DNA of 64,000 bases from Chlorokybus atmophyticus (taxonomy: Eukaryota; Plantae; Mesostigma and Chlorokybus algae). Within the stretch, counting starts at the first letter, position 1. Every line of letters starts with the position of its first letter. This document shows positions 27,984-39,716 of this stretch, piece after piece. The notes below the pieces were generated by a model. That model worked only from the letters and a program-made list of their open reading frames with translations. It had not been told where the DNA came from and made no database searches. The stretch covers positions 62,001 to 126,000 of the forward strand of contig RHPI01002998.1 of the NCBI GenBank assembly GCA_009103225.1, written 5' to 3'. The translations under genes and the position numbers were made by a program.

Positions 27984-30527
27984 ATGTCAGCTGGAAGGCT
28001 GTTCGTTAGGATCAGCAATGACAAGATTATTGTCCCTTTTGAGGCTGAGCGCACGGTGGAGGAGCTCGCCAGGGAGGCAAGCGCTCGCTACATGCGCCTG
28101 GTAAAGAGGCGGTCCACGCCTGCGGACCAGTCCAGACTTTCGGAAATAGTAAGTGAGCTGAGCTGTAAGCTGTGAGCTTTACGTACTCACCTGCATGGAC
28201 TGCTGTTTGGCAGAAGTGTTTGTCTTTGTCGTCCTTTGCATGTAAGCTTGCCTGTGTGCGCTGCATGCTCAGTACGCACACAGGGTGCACATTAGGTGGT
28301 CATATTGACAACACAATGCTTACAAACATATTGAGCAGCATGTCTGAGTTGCCCTAAACAGTCGTAATCAAGCAGCATGGAAGTTCTTAGCGCTGTGACA
28401 TTGCTCTGTGCAATGCAAACATCTTCAAAAACCCGTGATGATAGCGGACTTGTATGCAATTGATCGTTTTCAATGTGCCACTCTGCCCCACGTTGGGTGG
28501 CACAAGCCAGCAAGAGTGGAAGTAAGTGCGTGTGCTGAGCAGGAGAATGAGTCCATGATAGTTGAGCTGCGCTCCGGCGGTGCGTCGTTGGATTACGATG
28601 ACATTGTTGGCAGCGTGCTAAGCCCCGGCGAGGAAGTGCAGGCATTTCTGAAGACCGCTCCCGTTGGTGAGGCGTGTTGCGTGAACAAGTCTCTGGTTGC
28701 TGTTGCGCACAATTTGATATTCATTCAACTCGAGCTTGCACATGTCTGCGTGCGTGTGCGTGATGCCTGTGCCATGTGTGCAGAGAATGCGTGGGTGATG
28801 GGTGCTGTGCCGGGGTCAAGTCAGGTCGGTTGGGTGCAGCAGCCAGTAACCAATGAAGTGCAACAGCAGCAGCAAGGAACAAAAAGAAAATACATTGGCA
28901 GCGACAATGTTGGCATGCGCAAACGAGTTCAGGTCAGCATCCACATGCGCTCATCACGCGTGAAGGCCACAACAGTCATCAATGACTGCTGGCTGATAAG
29001 ATTTCAATTCAGAAGAAAACCTTTGAGGAAGCCAAGGCCTTTGCCGAGAGCTTGGGGCTGAAGAGTCAAGCCGATTACATAGAGTGGAGCAATAAAGGCC
29101 TTAGGCCGCCAGACATGCCACGCAACCCGAATAAGTACTACAAAGACAAAGGGTGGACCTCTTGGCGTGACTTTCTTGGTGAGTCACGTCAGTCTGTGGC
29201 CTCAAGCTCTAGCCTATTTTTTTGTGGCCTCAAACACCAGCCCATATCAAGTGAGGCGGCTTGACAATGGTCATACACCAGTTGTGCAACCTATTGTGTA
29301 GGCCATTGTGAAAGAGTCCATCAGGCATTACTAATTGCAGGCACACACGTGCGACCATTTGATGAGGCCAGGGAGTATGTGCGCCGGCTTGGTTTGAAGA
29401 ACCAGACCGAGTACAAGGAGTGGAGCAAAGCTGGCATGAGGCCGGTTGACATACCTGGTTAGTGCAACAGCTGCAGCAGTTGCGCATATTGCTACTTTAC
29501 TTTACTGATGCACTCTGCTTGGTCTGGCAGGCAACCCATACAACTTTTACAGAGACAAGGGTTGGATTAGCTTCCCTGACTTTCTCGGCACGGAGCGCGG
29601 CAAGGCGGGCAAGCAGTGGCGCGTGCCGTTCAAGTCCTATCACGAGGCCAAGAAGTTCATGAAGACGCAGGGTCTGAAGTCCCGTGACGACTTCTTTGAA
29701 TGGTGCAAGAGCGGGATCAGGACCTCGCAAGCGCTCGACATTCCAAGCAACCCACCCAAAGCCTATCAAGACCGCGGGTATATCTAGCCCCCTTGATTGA
29801 CTCAGTATACACGAACCACCTTTCTTTCTTGCAGAAAGCAACGTTGTTGCAGTCTTTGGTTTGACCTCTCAAATGGGTTACTCCCTGCAGGTGGGTGTCG
29901 TGGGATGACTTCCTTAGTGTCAATGAACAGCCAGCAAGTGCTGTGCCTGTCGGCGTTGCAATTGGCGTTCTTCCTGTGAGTTGAACAGCCTTCACGTAAA
30001 GAACTGACTTACATAGGGTGTTGTTGAACACTGGGAACTCAATTCTGGCACTGTGCAGGACGAGCATGGCCAGGCAGCAGAGGCTGTGCCTGTCAGCGAC
30101 GTAGAGCAGGAGCTACAATTTGAGTCGATGTCAAACATGGTAGACCACGGGTTACACGGCGACCATGACAAAGTCCCCTCTGGCGCACACGCATTGGGTA
30201 TGTTGCACTGAATGACGGGTCATGCGTGCATGCCATATTTCACTGCAATCCTGTTTATTCCTGTTCACACCGGCTGTGTGTGATTGCTTATGCTCATTTC
30301 TTGCTGTTTGAATAGCTGACCTATCGCAAGGGCACTCTCAAGCTCCGATTCAGCAAGCGCACCCGCACTCTCTCGCGCACCCGCACCCTCATCCTCACCA
30401 CATGCTGCAGTCTCACCCTCTGCAGCCTCACCCGTTGCAGCAGCACCAACTGCAGCAGCACCAGTTACAACAGCACCAGTTGCAGCCTCATCAGCTGCAG
30501 CCTCACCCTCACTCTCTACAGCACTAG
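27984..30527 (+). CDS. Protein with a Par3/HAL-type N-terminal ubiquitin-like domain, three phage-integrase-repeat-like units and a His/Gln/Pro-rich tail
   Basis: MSAGRLFVRISNDKIIVPFEAERTVEELAREASARY..LRSGGASLDYDDIVGSVLSPGEEVQA. Repeats FEEAKAFAESLGLKSQADYIEW..RPPDMPRNPNKYYKDKGWTSWRDFLG, FDEAREYVRRLGLKNQTEYKEW..RPVDIPGNPYNFYRDKGWISFPDFLG, YHEAKKFMKTQGLKSRDDFFEWCK..DIPSNPPKAYQDRGWVSWDDFL. Last exon has LQQHQ/LQPHP repeats ending at TAG 30525. Confidence 0.75.
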
Positions 30528-31996
30528 CAATAGAGGTGGCAGCAGAAAACCATTGGATACACTCTGCCTCAAACTATATGACAAGCTAGGCTTGCGGCGA
30601 TTGCATATCCCACTTGAGAGGTAAAGCATGCTGGTTCCTATTGCAAGGCGCTCGTGCATAGCTCTTGGCTTGGGCAGATGGCAGACTGCAACAATTGATG
30701 CGTGCTTACTGGTGACAGAAGTCCTGGAAACGGAAGGGGAGCAGAACTGAGGATGCCATACTTCTGTAAAGAGTTGGAGGCAAGGAGCGTTGGCAGTTTA
30801 AGACTATGTGACATGCATAGCTTGGATATTCAGGTAATGGTACGCTCACGAGGGCGCTCACCACAATCACTATGTGTAATCTAGCGTATAATTGTTTGTA
30901 CAGAGCGTGAAGGTGTGTGTTACCCTAGGTTGTTTGTGGCAGTATTCATTATTAACCTATTGTATACACCAAGGCACTAACATACATGTCTAACGAGGAG
31001 GTCTAGGGTAGTGTAGCGTGTAAGGTAGCAACAAGCAGTAGATATTAGCCCGGTGGTGGCATATGATCATGCGTGCGTGCTGTTTGTGTGTGCGCTTATG
31101 TGCTTTTGCATAATGCATGTACAAAACTGCCTCGAGCATATCCTGTACATGGTGTACAACAGACTGTTTTCCAACCATCATGGTACCAGGCAGCATATGA
31201 TATTGCATGCAAAGGGCACCTTGTGCACCCAACAGTTTGAACTTGGCAGTGATTGAGAGCAAATTGCAGTGGCCATTGTCACAGCACATGATATGCGCTG
31301 GCCAGCAGCTGTGGTGGCGACGGCGGCCAATGTTGCAGTTCCAGATCTGATCCTGCTGTGCTTGAGCTTGCGCACACCTGGTGCTCTGCAGCACAGTTGT
31401 GCAAATGACAGTTGCCGTAGTCACAAAACGTGATACGTGCTGGCCAGCAGCTTTGGTGGAAACGGCACCAACACTGATTCTGCTGTGCTTGAGCCTACGC
31501 ATACGTGGGACGGCTGCGGCGCAGTTGTGGAGTCGACACTGTGCTGCACACAGAGTTAGCACCTTAGCTGCGCAAGCACGTCCAGCTCCTGCTGTGCTTG
31601 CCGGCCTGCCGTTGCGTCGTCGCGTGATGATCATCAAAGCACCTGTGCAATTTGGCATGCGATGCAGCACGCAGGTCTGTTTGTATTTGATGCGTGCTGA
31701 AGCACATAACAGCATAGGATGCAAAACAAAAGCACTGGCTGACAAAGGACTGTGTGTATACACGTACTTGCATATTTGCAGAGGAAAGAAACCAAAAAAC
31801 ATACATAACAGTTGGGTTTGCTAGAATGCGCAGACCCTCTACAGCAATCCCTGCAGCCGCCCAGCAAACCCCCTCCCTCTTATCTGACAGGACTATATAT
31901 TGGGGATACCCTCAGTGCTGTGTACATATGGACCTTTGGCAACATCCATACCTAAAGTGGACACCCACTCCCCTCCCAATTGAGCGTGTGGTAGTT

Positions 31997-34900
31997 TTAA
32001 AAGTGGCCAATCGGCCACATTGGGCCACCAGGGTTGGTGCTCCACTTGGGTGGGAAAGCGCCTGTGATGACGCGCTGCTGCGCCTCGGGGTCCTCCGCGA
32101 AGTGGTGCTTCATGGTGCCGGGTGATGGGAGCTTCACACCGTTGGCAGCGGTGAACACAGTGGAGTTGTTGGGCACGGCGATGGACTTGTCAAAGACGGG
32201 GTTGACGTCCATGAAGATGCGCAGCTCGCTGAACTTGCCCGTGGTTGGGTCTACCCGGAAGATGTCTCCGCAGGGCAGGACAATGAGGCTACCGTCCAGG
32301 CGCCAGTACCACACGTCCATCTCAACAAACACGGTGTAGCCCGACTCTTTGATGGACTTGACGTCATGGTACACAGCCTTTACACCGCTGAAGAAGGCCT
32401 CTGCAGACCGGAAGATGCCATCCTTGGCAAACTCCACCTGTAATTGTATCAGCTAGTTGGTCATCTTGTGCTTGCATTTGCTCCATGCTCACAGGCACGC
32501 ACACACATGTGGCGTGCATGCATAGGTTCAGTGCAGAGCTACTATTAAGGTGCATTGCACAGCTGCTGACCTCAAAGTTGCCAAACTGGTAGATGGGATT
32601 GTCAGTGAAGAACTCAGTGAAGCCCTTGCTGTCGAAGGACTCACCGCGGGTGAACAGCCTCTTGGCCATGTGAGAGTATGTGCCCTTGGCAACACTCGGG
32701 GTGGCTGTTGAGGCAGCCTTGCCAGAGCCAGCCTGGATTGGCCACATGGGACCACCCGGGTTGACTGACCACTTGGGTGCAAATCCATTCTTGATGCGCT
32801 CCTGTGAACAACCACCGTCACCACAGATGATTGTGCGAGGCCATGCACCTAATGCGGCAGAAGAATGCAACCACCGTCATGAAATGCAAAGCATTTGTTG
32901 CCTATCTTGGCCAACCTGAGCTTCTGGGTATGACGCAAAGTGTGTCTTCATGGTGCCAGGAGATGGCATGCGGGCACCACCAGCGATGGTGAAGACTGAT
33001 GCTGAGTCTGGCACTGGGATGCTTGGGTCGAAGACAGGGTTGACATCCATGAAGATGCGCAGCTCGCTGAACTTGCCAGAAGCAGCTGACAGTACACAAA
33101 CATCAGCTTGATTTGTGAGTTAACGGCCAACAACACAATCAAGCGCTGCAGTGACTTGCAGAGCCATACTCACCATCCACACGGAAGATGTCCATGCAGG
33201 GCAGCGTGATAAGGCTGCCGTCCAGGCGCCAGTACATGACATCCATCTCCACGTAGACGCATTCATCCACCTGGAAGTTCATATGCAGTCAGCATCGCTT
33301 GCACAAGGACAATACAGACGCATAGCTGAAAGACACAACAGACGCACCTGCCACATCTCCTTGATGTCATGATACACGGCCTTGATACTGTCAAAGAAGT
33401 TCTTTCCTGACTTGCCAATGGCGTCCTTATTAAGTGCCACCTCGAAGTTGCCAAACTGCAAGTGCAACACATCAGACCGCAGCATGATAGCACGCAGTAC
33501 CACATTTCACAAACAAGATCAAGCCCAAAGGGGCCCGCACCTGATACACCGGCGTGTCTGTGAAGAAAGTGACAAAACCAATGTGGTCGTGGGCCTCTCC
33601 GCGGGAGAAGAGCACCTTGGCCAGAGTCACGCCCTCCGGCTCAGCCTTGGCTGGTGCTGCGGTATCTCCCATAGCCAAAGCCATGGCAGCGCTCACAGTG
33701 TAATCGTACTTGCCAATTGGCCACTTGGGACCGCCGTCGGTGGTGGACCACTTGGGTGCATAACCCTGCAGCACGCGAAGCTTGCCCTCAGGGTGCTCCG
33801 CAAAGTGGTGCTTCATTGTCTCTGGCGGGGTGAGAGTGGTGCCGGCCGCTGTGCAAGGCACATTCAAGTGAGCAAACTGCTGTTAATACAGCAAATGGAT
33901 TGATGCAACACGACATGGTATTGGTTACGCGCAGATTGCATGTGCATACCCGTCAACACAGATGCGTTGTGGCCAACTGGCAAAGCTGCGTTGAAGACTG
34001 GGTTGCAGTCCATGAAGATGCGCAACTCGGAGAACTTGCCAGTGGCAGGGTCAACGCGGAAAATATCAGCGCAGGGGAGCTGCACCTTCGTGCCATCAAG
34101 GCGCCAGTAAATAACATCCATCTCAACAAAAACAGTGTACCCGTCCTCCCAGATCATCTTGATCTCGTGGTATACAGCCTGTCAAGCAAAGCGAGATTAA
34201 GATGATGGCAATTGTAGTACCACTCTGAAGAAGAATAGCACCAAGCCAACAACAGTTCAACACCATGTTCCAGTATGTCCTGCATTGTGCTACATGCCAG
34301 AGAGAGTTGCTGACCTTAATACCGCTGAAGAAAGCCTCTGCAGACTTGAAAATTGTGTCCTTGCTGAGGGCAACCTCAAAGTTGCCGAACTGGTATACTG
34401 GGGTCTCAGTAAAGAAGGTGATGAAACCAGCAGAGTCAGAGGCCTCGCCGCGAGAGAACAGTCGCTTGACCTGTGAAGCATTGAGAACACCCACTTTAGC
34501 CATGGGCTAATGCATAAGGAAAACATGCACGCCTGTATGTGTATGACAACACACCATGTCGGTGTATGTGCCAGGGAGCACGGCAGGAGTGGGCATAGGG
34601 GGCTCTGCCGGCAGCTCGGGCACAGCTCTGATTTGCCACTTGGGTCCACCCTCCTTGTACGACCACTTCGGTGCAAGACCGTTCTTGATGCGATCCTATC
34701 AAAACAAGACAAATAGAATGGTTAAAGCTGGGTGGGTTGCATGTCTCCAAAGACCTGCCACAAACTTGATCGGTCATCATGCCAGGCAGTACCTGTGCCT
34801 CGGGATGAGTGGCAAAATGGTGCATCATGGTGCCAGGGATAGCCAGCTTCTGGGCACTGGCACCAGTGAACACTGTGGCATTGCTAGGGACTGGGATGCT

Positions 34901-37454
34901 CGGGTCAAACACAGGGTTGACATCCATGAAGATGCGCAGCTCGCTGAACTTATCAGCAGCAGCTGTAAATAACAAACAATTGTCAATCACGCGTGTCTGC
35001 CTATTAGGTAAAGAATTACTGAAAGGGGACTTCAACTGCGTACCATCCACGCGGAAGATGTCAAAGCATGGCAGGGTGACCACTGAGCCGTCCAGCCGCC
35101 AGTATGTGACATCCATCTCCACAAAAACGCAGTCCGCGTGCTCCCACATGCGCTTGATATCGTGGTAAACGGCACTGATGTTGTTGAAGAAGTTCTCTGC
35201 CGACTTGAAGATGGCATCCTTGGATGTTGCAATCTCAAAGTTGCCGAACTGCACAGCACGAGAGTGACCACCACAAGTCAGCTTGTGGCACAGCACGAGA
35301 TCCTGCATCAGCACTGCCACTAGGAAGCAATCATGCACCTGGTACAGAGGAGTGTCGGTGAAGAACGTGATGAACCCGGCAGAGTCGGAGGCCTCACCAC
35401 GAGAAAACAAACGCTTCACCATGTCAGTATTGTACCCGGGCTGACCCTTTGCTGGAGGGGTGTAAGCGCCAGCAATTGCAGCCGCAGCTCCACCATCCTT
35501 GCCGAACCACTGGTCGAAGAACGGCTTGTATACATCCCTGAGGAAGTACAGGTGCTCGTACTTCTTGTAGCAGCCGCCAACATCACCAGTTCTGATCCAG
35601 ACCACATCTCCGAAAGCAGTCATTTCGCTGGTGTTGACGTCAAAGCACACCTGTCAATGCGATCACACTAAGCCCCGCTGCGTGTCTTGCAAGGGTGGCA
35701 GCGCACAACAAACAAGTCCAATGCTCCATACTGTTAATTGTTTTACAACAACTCTACACCCAAATGCTGCATGAATAGAAGTAGGCACCTCAAACGCATG
35801 CAACATGCATGGCAGCATAACGAAATTGGCTGTGGCAACAACAAACTTAACGCACCCAGTCAAAAGACACGTCTTCACCACTGAAGGTGACGCGTGGCCA
35901 TGTCATGCGCACGCGGGGGTTGGCGAGCATTGCCCACCAGCTGGACTCGTAAGTGTTGCCCTTGGTACGGCCATACCAGTAACCCTTGAGGCCCTGAGGG
36001 TCCGGGTTGTTGGTAATGCCTCCCTCAGAGACATCATACAGGGAATCCTTTGTGAAGTACATGAGCTCATCACGATATTCATTGAAGAGCACAGTCAGTC
36101 CACTGTACTCCTCAGTGACGCCATCAATGGTAAACATGCGATTCTTCTTGTCACCATCGCGCAGCGCTTGACAATGAGTGACCCACCAAATCTGCATACA
36201 GCATTGCAATGGGTTATCTGACCGGCAAACGCAGACAACAATGCATGCAGCCAGGAGATGCCCAAGAGCAGTGTAATGCACTTCTCGCGTTTCACAAGTG
36301 GTACCTTGTTCTCCAACTCTACAGCAGCGGGCGAAGAATACCTCTGCCGAATCTGCAAATGCATCACACACATCAGCTGGCAGCCTGCACAGCATGATTG
36401 CAAAAACCCACAGGTCGAAATTCAACAGCTGTACCTGAGCAAGTGTGGCGTTACGATCAGTTCTGCGGTAGATACGAATGCCCATGATACGAAGGGCATC
36501 TTCAATGATTTCCGGAGGAGCCTGGTGACATGCATGTCAATACTTGATGCTGGGTGACAGTGCAGCGAACAACAAATCACAATCAAGTGGTGGTCGGAAG
36601 CCACTGCAAACACGGCTGTCATGGAATTATTACTTATGATTAACGGTGTTACCTTCTCCTCGGATAGAGTGCTGTAGTCAACGGTGAAGTCCTTGGCACC
36701 AAGGTGTGAAGGGACTGTCTTGTTGGTGTTGGCAAAGCACTGTGTGAGGAAACCAAGCTCAACACGACTTAAGTAGGTTTGGGCCAGTCAATGCATGCAT
36801 TGGGCCAGTCAATGCAGACCGCCACATTATCCCAAAAAGATGGAAACCCTCACCTGGCCAAGGTTTAACTTGATCTGAGTGTAGTAGTTTGCGGGAAACT
36901 GCTTCTGCCTTTCAATGAACTCCAGGGCGTTCTGCACTTCGTCTTGCGAGTAAGATGTTGTCTGCACCTGCCAATGTACACACAGTGTCAGCGACAACCA
37001 ATGCATGCCAGATTACAGAGGCATCCAAGTTGGAGTGATGCATGCATGCACGCAGGCATTGACTCAATTGCATTGAAGTGCAAAATAATAATGAGTGAAG
37101 AAATGGGGAGACAGGCACTGAGGTTGGGCATGCAGCGATATCCAAATCACGTAGTCCAAGCAGAATTACATAAGGAGTAGAGGGGTTGCATGTCACCGCT
37201 GGCAATGCACCTACCGGGGCAGTAGCGGTGGCCACGGCCTGAGCTGTGGTTGAAGCCGGGCGCGATGCTTTGGTCGCACGCGAGGATGTGGTTGCCACGC
37301 GCACAGCAGTGCCGCCAAGAAACGATGCAGACTCGCTGGCGCCTGGCAGTTTGCGAGCTGGCCTGGTGGCCACGGGCAAGTCTGTGCGAGCAGCGGCGCC
37401 CCGCTGCTCAGCCACAACAGCGGAAGCTGTGGCTGTAATCGTAGACCGAGCCAT
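31997..37454 (-). CDS. Plastid-targeted polyprotein of about 1000 aa: one N-terminal NTF2/SnoaL-like module plus four tandem SnoaL-like repeats
   Basis: Transit-peptide-like exon MARSTITATASAVVAEQR.. Then QFPANYYTQIKLNLGQ..IWWVTHCQAL..NEYRDELMYF..WWAMLANPRVRMTWP..RTGDVGGCYKKYEHLYFLRDVY. Then four copies of KRLFSRGE..D..GF..FFTDTP.YQFGNFE..AVYH.IK..VFVEMDV.YWRLDGS...LPC.DIFRV...KFSELRIFMDVNPVF..TM.HHF..PKWS..GGP.W; TAA at 31997. A non-coding 5' exon lies near 38025-38200. Confidence 0.85.
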
Positions 37455-39716
37455 GGTGGTCTGCAAAAATGTACGATCCCTTGAACTGCAGTACTATGCA
37501 AATGCGATGCACTCAGTTGCAACTGGCCATGCAACAAGCAGGGTGACCCGACTCAACACAACCATACAAGACTATAGCACAAGCCACCGTTCAGATGACT
37601 GCGGCTGCAGGCTCACCCTTTACACTGACATCTCAAGGAAATGAACACTAGCTGCAGAGCAGAGTGTGGCAGCAAGACAGGTAAGCAGCAAGCAGCAACA
37701 AAGGCCATAGCTGAGATGCAACCGCGCAGAACTGAGCGCAGCGGGGCCAAAACACAACGCACCGACATAGGATACCACGATCTTGCGGCACACAACTATC
37801 CATACAATGCTACGGCGACAGCATGCACGTCACAATGCAAAAGGTAAGGCGAGGTCGGTTGACGTGAATGCGAGCAATACACACTTAAGCACACAACAAA
37901 CCATCTTGCAGAAGCAACTGCTGAGCGCTCAAAACGACAGAAGAGCACAGATAACGTAGATAGCTTAGCACTACTCAGCACAACTCCGGCAAGCAGGCAG
38001 CAGCTGCCTGTAGCAGCAACGTACCTGCATGGTGGCTAGCGCTGCGGTTGCGACAATGCAAGCAGCGGCACGTCGCTCAGGGTATCCTTCCCCCCTTCAA
38101 TCGCAGCGAGCGCAACAGCTGCCGCCACTTCCGACGCCGCCGTCGTCGCCACCACCACCGCTGGCGTCGTGCTCTCGGCCTGCTTGGGGATAGGTGCTAC
38201 GCAGCTAAACTAGGCGTACCCTTGACTACGTAACTAACCGCATATTGCGCTGACCGCTAACGTACCTGGCTGCTGCACGTTATGGCAGGTAAGTAACCTC
38301 TGCGATGCCATGGGGTGTCCCTTACGTTATGGTTTTATTCTCTGTTTGACTTGTCGGTTACCGCGGACTAGGAATCGACTGTTACGTCGCTCAGGCTCGC
38401 AGCAGGCCGCTTGGGGTGAGGTTGTCGAATCTGAAGCGTAATCAGGCTTACAGCGATGGGCCGGCACTGCCGCGGCGGCATGCTGCGAGATTACATCACT
38501 GGAGGCTGTGAGTGACGTAACATAGGTCAGTCTGGCGTATTCGTAACCAACTTGCCGCGCAGCAAGAGCGTAACCAGTGCAGACCGGTCAATCTGGCTAG
38601 CAGCCGGTTGCTGACCAGCGTCTGTAGCCTCTACCGGTCTCAGGTGATGACGATTGTGCCATGCATGGGTCGTTTCGCAACTCGTGCCTTGTGCAACTGA
38701 AGTTGCTAGTGGAAAAGTATTGGGTACAAGCCGACAAGCGCAGTGCGAAGGTTAAAAAGTTGCGTGTTGTGCTGGACAACTTGTGCACTGGAAGAGTTGC
38801 CCACAGGCATAATCATAATCAGCTGTAAATACAACTTTACAGGTATATTGACGGTAATACCAAGAATGCTTGTCATACTTGTTCAGTTGACAACATATCA
38901 ATTCACAAAGATCATCTGATGATCATATAAAGTCTATGACAAGCAATACCATACTTTATGTTTTTCGATTAATGAATTCAGTGATTTACGCCATGAATGC
39001 GGTGTACATGTACCACACAACACTTGTTACCGTGGTTATCCAAGACAATCCTCATACGAAATCCTAGGCCTTTGAGACACAAATAGGGCGGCTGTCACAG
39101 TTAAATACGGTATTTAAACATTGTATTCTATCTATTTAAGCACACATAATAAAGTACTATATGTATAACATGCTCATGCTTTTGTATAACATTCATAGTG
39201 TGCTTATTCATATTAATATTAGAACACATGGAAGGCCGGCATATACACTATCATGTTAGCTTGTGATTATAAGTAAACGTGTACAATATCACCCATATAA
39301 CATTATATTACATACACAATTCAAGTGTACATACATTAACAATATGGTATACAATGTAAATATCGTGTTGTAAGCTATCTCACTTGTAACAATTCAAATT
39401 GATAGTAACAGTTGAGAAGGTTAACATGGTACTCTCTCTTTATATATGAAGTATACAGCTTTCTCCTTGCGTAGCCGCTAGCAATAATAATATATCACAG
39501 TTTTCGGAATGCAGTAGAAGATAACTTCACTTATTCGTGTACATACATGCATGGTTGCATTGCCTATATGAATGCCAGCATGATGCATGGCAAATATGAT
39601 GTCAGACATCATCATGAGCCTTACTTGATGGTGCATTAGCATCAAGACTCTTCCAATAGTCTTGGTACAAGGCTAACATGTGACACAGCATTGACTATTA
39701 ACGTCGCAAAAATGAT

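Noticed and set aside
38680-38800. Fragments ATEVASGKVLG and RVVLDNL resembling an IS630/Tc1 transposase
   Set aside because: Different frames, spacing too short, and no other catalytic motifs or terminal repeats.
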